NCBI GenBank assembly: GCA_965644295.1
Contig: CBFFRP010000134.1
Span: forward strand, 124,001-188,000
Direction: 5' to 3'
From: Paraphysomonas bandaiensis
Lineage: Eukaryota; Protista; Chrysophyceae
DNA length: 64,000 nucleotides
Shown here: one piece after another, positions 1-9,782 of the stretch
Layout: each line of letters begins with the position of its first letter
Position numbering within the stretch: position 1 is the stretch's first letter
Program-made: the position numbers and the translations under genes
The notes under the pieces: generated by a model
What the model saw: only the letters and a program-made list of their open reading frames with translations
Database searches by the model: none
Told to the model about the DNA's origin: nothing

Positions 1-857
1 TCTGCAAGATGCGGCTATTAATGTATTGAAAACATCTGACTTAATTCAAAAGGCAAACTTAACATTAAAACTAGTTAGTTTGTATGAATCGAAAGAAATA
101 ACTGCAATTTGCACGTGTAGTACATCTAATGGCGATATTCCGCAGAAACCACATAGAAATGTTGCAACTGCTAAGTCACATGCAAGCACCAAGAACACAT
201 TGGTGACAACTATACATGGAATTGCTCACGCCGAAAGCTACGCGATAGATCTTTTTTGGGATGTTATTGCTCGATTTACCACCAATGATATGCCGAGAGA
301 GTTTTATGATGATATGGTTCATATTGCAGGACAAGAGGCCCAACACTTTCTAGCATGGTATCATAGGCTAGAGGAGCTTGAGTGTCCATACGGTTCATTA
401 TGGACACATGAGGGGCTATGGAAGAGTGCAGAACAAACTTCTCACTGGTAATTTAAAGTTAATATTGTATGTTTTAATAATTAGTCTGTTTTGTTGCAGT
501 TTGATGGATCGCCTTGCCATTATAAATCTGCTTCATGAAGCTCGTGGACTCGACACATACCCTCTTTCACTAAAGAAGTTCAATCAGAATAACGATCAGC
601 GCAGTATATCTATATTGAACAATAATTTTGAAGAGGAAATTTTTCATGTCTCTTGTGGGTTAAAATGGTTTAAGTATCTGTACAAACGGGAAAATGGCGT
701 GGTCACTGATGACGAGTGTAAGTCAGGTTTCCATCGAATAGTTAGACACTATCATGTAGGGGACTTAAAAGGTCCATTTAACGAGGTTGCAAGGAATCGC
801 GCCGGTATGACGAATGACTGGTATTTACCTCTAACTAGTCCAACTTCTACGATTTAA
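1..857 (+). CDS. DUF455 / ferritin-like di-iron domain protein (5' end lies outside the window)
   Basis: The frame is open from base 2. Motifs HGIAHAESYAIDLFWD, EAQHF, HEARGLD and EEIFHV..G.KWF are present. A GT-AG intron at 448-499 joins ORFs 26-451 and 378-857 in frame. Confidence 0.85.
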
Positions 858-1748
858 GCAATGGGCAGATACGTTTATGTCCTATATTTCATATTTCATA
901 GTGTACGGAATGATTGGAAAGTGTGAACTACTCTATTATTTTGAGTTACATTCTAGCTGTTTACTGTCAATAGATGATATTTAATGTAACTATACACGTT
1001 GCCGTACTATGCCTAGTACAGTTGGGGGACGCATTGTATGATAGAGCCGTGTTCTATGTACTATGACATATACTGCAGTCTATAATCTATAACACTGTAC
1101 AACGTATAGCTACTATATGTAACAAAGATTCTAAATTATCGTACCTGTTCATAGTACAGATGCATAAATGTATTTTAGTAATACACACTGTATCAGTGAA
1201 TAGTCAGATGCTATATATCCGAAGCCCTCAATGCTTGGAGACCAATCAAACGCAGTGAGGTCAAGCAGTAGGATATTAGAGTTAAGCACTGGTTAGTTAA
1301 ACTACAATGGCTTAGTAACTCAACACTATATGTATCAGTGAATGCTGGTGATTTATTTGATTGATGTTCATAATAGGTTTACGACAAATAATACGTATCA
1401 TTAATTTATGTACTCCAGTTTTCAACTGCTGTATTCTTCAAGTAACGGTCATAATTCTAATACCTTTCACTACAGATAAGCAAAACAAAAGACAAGTAAA
1501 ACCTTCCGAAGTATATTATCACAACAGGACTACATCATGAACACAACTGCACTGTGCACAATTACTTACTACATATATGGGCTCACATGCGACAATGCAA
1601 GTCAAACAGACTTATACCCTCGCTCCCTACTGTCACCACAACACCAATCACCACATCTACAACGTGCTACAGAATACCATTGTCATAGCAGAACAATGAC
1701 ATCCAGTGTATACCAAGTAAGAGATCGGTGCACATCAAAATATAAAGT

Positions 1749-2888
1749 TTATTTTCCAGGCTGCCGAAACAGTGTGGATCTTGTGTACATAGCCTTCGGA
1801 GGGCTGCTAGGAGCCCACGCTCGTCTATCTTTCATTTTCTCGTCTATCCTGTAGAAAAATATTACTTATCAAATCCACAATGCAATTTAGAATAAGTTCG
1901 ATGTGTAATAATTTGCTCACCAAAATATACTTACATATCTCCTTGTTGAACCATAGGAAGTAAACGAGTGGAGAGCATTGCTGTACGAATCTTCTTCTCA
2001 TCATATGGGTCCGCAAGGTGCGCTGGATACTCACTAAAAGTACCATAGAGCGGACCCCCCGACTTAGGTGGACTCGAAGGGCGGAATGCCTTACTCTCTC
2101 CTTCACCTCTGCTGGTCTGCGTAGTGTGTGGGCGACTGATTGGAGATGTGAGCGATTTAGTGGAGGTTGTGGGCTACGTTTGATGTGACAATATATTATC
2201 AGAAGTCTATAACTATCTCACCCTATCGTCAGTATCGCTCAACGGCTTTCCCAAGACCTCTTCCACAGATACCTTGAACGGAGGTTTCCCGTCCATTAGC
2301 TCACGGGATTTCCTGTGTAGTTCCTATTCCAACGGAAACTATATCATAGTACTCACATATTAATTCAATCATACACACCCGTTCCATACTTTCATATGCG
2401 TCGTACTCACTCGCGACATATTCAACCTCTGTGAAGTGAATTTTGGGTGTGGAAGCCTGCCCACCAGTAGCTTTCCTAGGTGGGTTGGTATAAATCTTTC
2501 TTGGGGCTATTTCCTTCTTCGCCTCACGGGGCTTATTCCGAGGTTCTTCCGTTCCTTCCGGCATGTGTTCATATGGCTTAGTAAATGTTCCATTGTAGTC
2601 TCCCAAACTAGAGGACTTTTTCAGACCAGAAGGGTGTACAAAGCCATTCGGTGTCAAAAACCCTTGTTTTCCTTTTAATCGTTGAGCTGACAATATTTTC
2701 GCATTGTCAATATGATCCTCCCCTTCAAATAACCTCTTAAATTTTCCTGGAATACCTTTTCCAATACCAAACTGTCTTAAACCTTTAGATGATCCATGAG
2801 AACTTAGAGAATTTCTTGCTTTATCGAAGTAAGGATCTCCAACGCTATTAGATATGGGGGGTGAAAAGAGTCCACCCTGATACGGCAT
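1749..2888 (-). CDS. CFAP96: Cilia/flagella-associated protein, CFAP96/C4orf47 (UPF0602)-like, multi-exon
   Basis: Motifs GLFSPPIS..VGDPY, FKRLFEGE, SSLGDYNGTF and IYTNPPRK are present. The last exon reads IDEKMKDRRAWAPSSPPKAMYTRSTLF* with its stop at 1749-1751. Confidence 0.75.
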
Positions 2889-3361
2889 TAGATAAGGGGT
2901 TTTCTACATAAACGAGATATATTTCAGTATAACATTATATGAAACTCACGTATGATATATGATAGTACGTACTCACACATATAGAGTCACTCTAGAGTGT
3001 ATATATTTTGCACTCTACAGCATACGATCCTCTCTGGTTCTCACAATCATATGGAGAATTATTCGTTTACATGTCTGCCATTATCGACAAATTTCCGTTT
3101 CACATGCATTATCTACCAATCATATTGGTATGATTGGCTATTGGTGAAGCAAATGGCATCGAAATTTCGAGATTTAAGAAATATGGTGTTTTTAGTGTTC
3201 GAAAAACGGCGATATTAATATGAGATGACTTATAAGTACAGGTTTTTAGACCTTAAAGTACTATATCTTTCTAAGATATTCCCCCTAAAGTTTATAAAAA
3301 CCCGGGTTTTATATTTCACTGCTGTGTATGATACAGCAGTATGTGTATGTACTCTCTCTGT

Positions 3362-3891
3362 ATATATACACATACAGCACCTCATACCATGCATCACTCC
3401 AACGGCAGCATTCTCACAACATCATCAAGCCCTCGTGCACTAGCATCTCATCGAATAATTCAGAAATCTTGTTGTTCTTGCACCACAAGCACAAGTCTCC
3501 GTACTTATATGTTTATGTCTATGGCAGGGATAGGGAACAATATATTGCAATACTATTGTTAGATAGCGTTCCATCAATAGTATTGTTCCCTATCCCTGGT
3601 CTATGGTACATATGTCTAAGATCTAAATATATACACATACAGCACCTCATACCATGCATCACTCCAACGGCAGCATTCTCACAACATCATCAAGCCCTCG
3701 TGCACTAGCATCTCATCGAATAATTCAGAAATCTTGTTGTTCTTGCACCACAAGCACAAGTCTCCGTACTTATATGTTTATGTCTATGGCAGGGATAGGG
3801 AACAATATATTGCAATACTATTGTTAGATAGCGTTCCATCAATAGTATTGTTCCCTATCCCTGGTCTATGGTACATATGTCTAAGATCTAA
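3362..3891. repeat. Tandem duplication, 2 x 265 bp, apparently identical
   Basis: 3362-3626 is repeated at 3627-3891. Confidence 0.95.
3525..3598. mobile_element. 74-bp hAT-type MITE (second copy at 3790-3863)
   Basis: TIR CAGGGATAGGGAACAATA...TATTGTTCCCTATCCCTG, with a perfect 8-bp TSD GTCTATGG at 3517-3524 and 3599-3606. Confidence 0.9.
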
Positions 3892-4246
3892 GTGAAGATT
3901 GTACACATCTATCAGAGAGAAACATTTAATGAAGAGCATCGGGATAAACCTTAAAACTATGATTGAACTAACCTAAAACAATAGAATATCGTATTTTCCG
4001 GGGTGTAGAGTATAGATTATAGATGTTTTTACAGTGTGCAGTGTAATTGCATCAACATTGCAAGAATGAACAAATCCTCTTTCATGCTTGACGCAACCAG
4101 TATATAGTCATACACGATTAATTTACCAACACAACGAATAAATCACTTCAGATAGTGAAGTTTTATGTACAGAAAAGAAACAGATATAACGGGTGTAAAA
4201 TATATTATATATTAGTAGTATATTCGATCAGCTAGAGAATATCACA

Positions 4247-5827
4247 TCATAATTCAGACTTATTTAAAATACCTAAGAAATATGTGGCTTCCTCATGGCC
4301 ATGTTCAGCTGCTGACTGCAAATATTTTCTAGCTTCTACCAAATTCTTATCCACACCACGTCCAAGGTAATAACACATGCCTAATTGTGTTAATGCCTCC
4401 GTATGATTCTGTGCTGCAGCCAGACTGTAATACGTTACTGCTTTGGAAAAATCTTGCTTCACACCGTGTCCATCTTTGTAGCATAGGCCAAGGAAGAAAT
4501 GCGCTGCGGCGTAGTTTTGTTGAGATGCAAGTTCAAAGTATTTAACAGCCTCCACAGGGTTTTGCTTTACCCCACGGCCTAAATAATAACAGAGACCCAA
4601 GTTCGTTTGAGCGACCGCGTACCCTTGTTCAGCGGCTTGAGTGAAGTATTTTACTGCTATTTTGTGGTCCTGAACTACACCTTTGCCTCCTTCGTAACAT
4701 ATTCCAAGATCTGTAATTGCGTCAACAAAGCCATTCTCTGCTGCCATGCGGTAGTACTTTACAGCCTCCTTATAATCTTGAGGTACTCCCGTTCCAGTAA
4801 AATAGCAGCTTCCTAGGTGATGCTGCGCTTCGCTATACCCCTGTTCGGCAGCTAGGGTGTAGAAGTGGACAGCCTTTGCCTCATCTCTTGGTACTCCCCT
4901 ACCATAGTGATACAGTACGCCAAGATTATTTTGAGCGACATGAAAGCCATGATGAGCAGCAGCTGTATAATAATAAGCAGCCAGAGTGTAGTTTTGAGTC
5001 CCTCCTTCACCTGTTTCATAACACAGGGCCAGGCTGGTCTGAGCTTGCACGTGCCCCATTTCTGCTGCGTGGGTGTAAAAACGAACCGCCTCAGTATGGT
5101 TTTGCGTCACCCCACGTGCTGTGGCATAGCACAAACCAAGATAGTAGTAGGAGTCAGCGTATCCCTGAGATGCCGCAAGTTTATAATACTCCACAGCCTT
5201 CATGTAATCTTGCGACACTCCCTTTCCGACGTAGTAACAAGATGCAAGGTAATGCTGTGCAACAGCGTAGGACTGTTGTGAGGCTTCTCTAAAAAGCTCT
5301 ACTGCTTTGGATTCATTAACAGCAGCTGCTTCACCAAATATATAAAACAATCCGAGTTCGGTTTGTGCTGGTGCATGGCCGTACATTGCTGCAACGGAAA
5401 GGTGCTCTATGGCTGCGGTTGAATTCAAGGGCAACACTAGCCCTAAAACATGATACATTCCGAGTATATACGACACTTCACTAGGACGCTCATCGGATAT
5501 ATTTTTATTCAGTTCTAAGCAGTATAATGACTTGGATGCTGCAAGATGCGCATTCGTTATATTTTGCAGGATTCCGGTGTCTCCATTTTGATACAGAATG
5601 CTGACATATGCATTAGAGAACCAATCTAAAGATACTCTGCCTTCCAATTCTTCGCATGATTCTATCAGACCTCCATTGCATTTCATGAACAGTTGCAGTG
5701 ATCGACTATCATTGATATACTTGCATTCGCTTATACGGTTATCAGTCTGATTGATACTTTCCACAGCAAATGCTCGGAAACGAGTTACTTGGAGCGCTCC
5801 AATTAGTATGGACAGTAATAAAATCAT
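4247..5827 (-). CDS. Secreted Sel1-like repeat protein, intronless
   Basis: About 11 SLR units of the form AQ..LG..Y..G.GV.QD...AV.YY..AA.QG. The in-frame ATG at 5827 starts a hydrophobic signal peptide (MILLLSILIGAL). Confidence 0.9.
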   Translation of the reverse strand: MILLLSILIGALQVTRFRAFAVESINQTDNRISECKYINDSRSLQLFMKCNGGLIESCEELEGRVSLDWFSNAYVSILYQNGDTGILQNITNAHLAASKSLYCLELNKNISDERPSEVSYILGMYHVLGLVLPLNSTAAIEHLSVAAMYGHAPAQTELGLFYIFGEAAAVNESKAVELFREASQQSYAVAQHYLASCYYVGKGVSQDYMKAVEYYKLAASQGYADSYYYLGLCYATARGVTQNHTEAVRFYTHAAEMGHVQAQTSLALCYETGEGGTQNYTLAAYYYTAAAHHGFHVAQNNLGVLYHYGRGVPRDEAKAVHFYTLAAEQGYSEAQHHLGSCYFTGTGVPQDYKEAVKYYRMAAENGFVDAITDLGICYEGGKGVVQDHKIAVKYFTQAAEQGYAVAQTNLGLCYYLGRGVKQNPVEAVKYFELASQQNYAAAHFFLGLCYKDGHGVKQDFSKAVTYYSLAAAQNHTEALTQLGMCYYLGRGVDKNLVEARKYLQSAAEHGHEEATYFLGILNKSEL

Positions 5828-6280
5828 AGACTTGTTGGCCACTGAAACATATTGAGTGTAATTTCACGATAGCTCTATTAATACACTGCAATCATAGTGG
5901 AGATGCATATGTATGTATAGTCTTGATATGGCTGTTCTGCATCTAGACTTGACTGTGTCTAGACGTATATCAGGAATACAGTAAAGTATACAGTGTGTAG
6001 TATACAGTTGACTGTTATTTTGTCCACTTCTACTCCTTTGTACATCATGCTCTGTACATACAGATACACGGTCACATGTATTGAAGTACATATACAGCAG
6101 TACATAAGTGCATATTGTGCTATAGCACACACAGAGTCGTACTGTAAGACTCTGGTATAGTGTACTTGTGTATCTGTCATACATAACACTCAGTGCCATC
6201 ATGCATATATACACACTACTTAAACAGCAGAGAGTGTTGATAAGATACTCCCCATACACACTCCTCCCTATATCTCCATT

Positions 6281-8387
6281 ATGCTCAGTTCCACTGATGC
6301 CGATGCATATATCTCAGAGTTCCGTTCACGGCTACAGAAGGATAATAGTATGCCTGGATTCCTTAAGAGTGTAAGACAAGCAGAGATGTTTGTGGCACTT
6401 GGAAGACACTCAGAGTCAATTGAATATTTTCAAGAGGCATTAGTATGAATCATATGATCTTTTTATTACATATTATGATGATTATTTTTTGTGTATAGAA
6501 AGAAATTGATGTGGAGGATTATATATGGCGAGATGTGTATCTGTCCACAGCGGGTCTCTATGCCTTTACATTAGTATGTAATGTATTCATTTGTATTTAT
6601 TAAACTAATAAATGTTATGTCTGTGGTTGATGTTATAGGATGTTCTTGGTGACTTGATTGGGGCGGAAAATGTGGGTTTACTTTGCAGTTCTAGATACAT
6701 TGATGTTCTTACTATAAGATAGATGTATAAACAGATCCTACACATCAACCCAACGGACTTTTGCATTGGTGATTATGCCATATTTCTCCATAGACGAAAG
6801 AGAGATTTTCCCGCTGCGCAGAAGTATGTTCTCCCCATATTGATTGTGCTGTATTGAGCGTCGCTTATGTAGGTATTATTTGCAGTCTCTTCAACTGTAT
6901 CCGCAACACGCCTCAATGCACCTCAAATACGCCGGATTTTTGCGACATGTAATGCGGGACAATACTGGGGCCGAAACACATTACCGGATGTCCGTGGAGT
7001 GTGGACCAGAATACGCGGATGGGCTAGGTGGGTACGCTTCTTTTCTTCATGGCACTGGTGGAGATTCGCGCCTTGCAGAGCAACTGTATGAGAAGAGCGT
7101 TGAGGTGCAACCTATTTTACTGTGGATGCTTCACTGATACTAACTGTATCTTCAGGTGGATACGACCCACGTTAACAACTTTTGTAACTATGGTCTCTTC
7201 CTCAGTGAGGAGGTGAAGAACTATGAGAAAGCAGAGCAAATGTACAGGTGCGTTGAGATGCATATGTGAAACCGTAATCGTTGACGGCTCTACAGGAAAG
7301 CTTTGGAGACATCTCCTCGGCACGCTAACACGCTTTATAACTATGCAGTAATGCTGGACAGTCATTTGCAGCGCAAGAAGGAAGCAGAGGAATTATACAG
7401 GCAATGTATCGACGCAGAACCACGACACTCTTTCGCTCTATACAACTTGGCTGTATTGCGAGAGGAAATGTTGCGTTTACGTCCCCCCAGCGATGGCTGG
7501 CAGGAAAAAGGGGCAGCATTAAGCGAAGAAGCAATGGCTGGGGCGGTTGAGGTACGTCGGCTATACCAGAGGGCGGTGGAGGCTGACCCCAGGGACGCCA
7601 CCTCAATGGCAGACTGTGGCAGGTGTATATGTCTTTTGTGTCTTATGGTTGGGAAGTGTGAGTGAAGTGTGCAGGTTTATAGCAGACAAGATGCGTGATC
7701 CAGAGGCAGGTGAACCACTACTACGGGCGGCACTGAAAATTGATCCGCAGAATGATGTTGCGGCCTTGCACCTGGGTGTCATCGCCCTCAGATATAAAAG
7801 AAATTTCACGGAGGCAGTGGAATACTTCAGGGATGTTCTAGGTATAAACACGTGGAACATCTGCGTCCTTATGTACTGTGATCAGCACTTTATCGTTTCA
7901 TAGGTAGGAAGCCCGGACACACGGCTTGTATGCATCAGTTGGCGCGGGCACTAATTGAGATCCATAATACTGGAGACGTATATACTGGCGCGTCTTTATC
8001 TAACACAAGGAGAGGATCTTCCACTCGTGTTTCTTCGGGACAGCCTCCGCAGCAACCATCACAGTCTCCACTAGACGAAGCGTTCTCTCTTTTCGAGCGT
8101 ACTGCTGAGGGTGTCAAGGAGGTATACTAATACTGACCAGTGCCCGTAATTTATGGCTGATGTGGAATGAGTTCAGCCAGGTGCTGTTTTGTTCGAGTAC
8201 ATTGACACGGTTGCCCATTCAGGAGCACCCAAACACAAGGTATCATTACTTTAATCACTTTACAACTTTTTCACTTCTTCTGCGATAGCTCCGTGCCGTC
8301 GTGTTTGTCGAGTCAGCACTAGATAAGGTACAAGCGAATGCTTTCCGTAGTGACATATCCAATATTCTGGCGAAGATAAAAGGCTAG
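6281..8387 (+). CDS. TPR-repeat protein, about 10 exons
   Basis: Repeated TPR-like units (P.HA..L.NYA.FL......AE.LY..A), joined by short GT-AG introns. The start MLSSTDAD and the stop were assigned by eye. Confidence 0.75.
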
Positions 8388-8735
8388 GATAGACGGGACG
8401 ACTGATAGCGATTGTGTATAGTAGAGTTTGAGTGATGCAAAAATGGACAACGCTTGTTGCTGCCAATGAAAATTATTTCTGTAAACCCCAATTTCTTTTC
8501 TGTAATTAGAATTCTTATGCAGTACATATAACTACTGTAATAAACAATAAACTAGGTGGATATATATCATACGATCTCTCGAATTGTAAGTATCAGCGGA
8601 AAGGAATTGAGAACACCGCTGACACGCTGGCACTCATTCACTAAAACTTTAATACATTGATTCACTGCACCAGACAATCAAAAACGTACATAGACTTTTA
8701 GGCGGACACGATATTCTATATTGTTGCTATGTCGC

Positions 8736-8785
8736 CAGGGTTCTTGCGTAGCAATTAATTGGTTTTCAATTGTTACGCAACCCTG
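8736..8785. mobile_element. 50-bp hairpin element with hAT-like ends
   Basis: CAGGGTT(CT)TGCGTAGCAATT...AATTGTTACGCAACCCTG. The TSD is degenerate. Confidence 0.55.
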
Positions 8786-9782
8786 ATAGTCACTACATAC
8801 ATAGCTATATATATAGACACTTTAGTACCATATTTTACTAACAAATACTCCTTGCTCCTTGAGTCGCCTCTTGTTGCCCCAGGTGATTTCGATTCTTTTT
8901 CATCATATGAATTTTGATCTTCTGAGCTGATACCTCTGCCTGATACTTGTCAAACTTCATAGTCGTATAGGACACTTTAGTACCATATTTTACTACTACT
9001 AAGAGACTCCAGAGAGAATGGCACTTCAGAGCGGAAATCCCGTACATTAGGAGATATGACATTGTCGTTTTTACTGTCATCGGGTATGCCGAAGGCTGAG
9101 TGGTAGCTCTGATGAGGCGAAGGAGAACAGCAAGGTCATCAGTCTTTGACAAGTATCAGGCAGAGGTGTCAGCTCAGAAAATCAAGATTCATCTGATGAG
9201 GAAGAACAGAAATCACCTGGGGCTAAAACCGAAACGTGCTGGAGAAGGCAGAGCACAAGAATTATTGCAAGAGCGAAACAGCACGTGTTTTGTAACGATT
9301 TGGGAGGCTTGTGAACATGACGCAGATGTATTTGAGGTTGCCAACCTATACACACACATGGAGGGCTGATAACCCCAATAAGGAAGTGTTGTCCAATTAA
9401 ATGCTTCCAACGCTTGTGGATAGGCTTAGGGGGTGGCGTACAGGAAACCAGGGAATGGAATCTGACCTGGAAACGTAATACCAGTAATACCGTGAAATAC
9501 GTAAAAAAATGAATCTTCCTACTCCAACATTTCGATTACTTGATTTCACACTGTCTCACACTCTACCATATATACAGCAGAGTACACATATGTATACTCC
9601 ATACACTACACAATCATATACAGCACCTAGAACAGGACATATACTACTCTAGCTACATATATATACATTCATGTAATCAGTCCAATTCAAGTGTTACCTT
9701 ATATCAGTCCATATACACTGATATGATAGCTCATATGAAATAAGGTTTGTTACTCATTATTATTGTGACTGATATATAAAGA

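Noticed and set aside
3362-3891. Repeats that might suggest a CRISPR array (also the 27-bp repeats near 51393-51450)
   Set aside because: They are contiguous tandem units with no unique spacers and no cas genes, in a eukaryotic context.
9108-9215. Two CTGATGAG motifs suggesting hammerhead ribozymes
   Set aside because: There is no properly placed stem II plus GAAA, and no stem I/III pairing.
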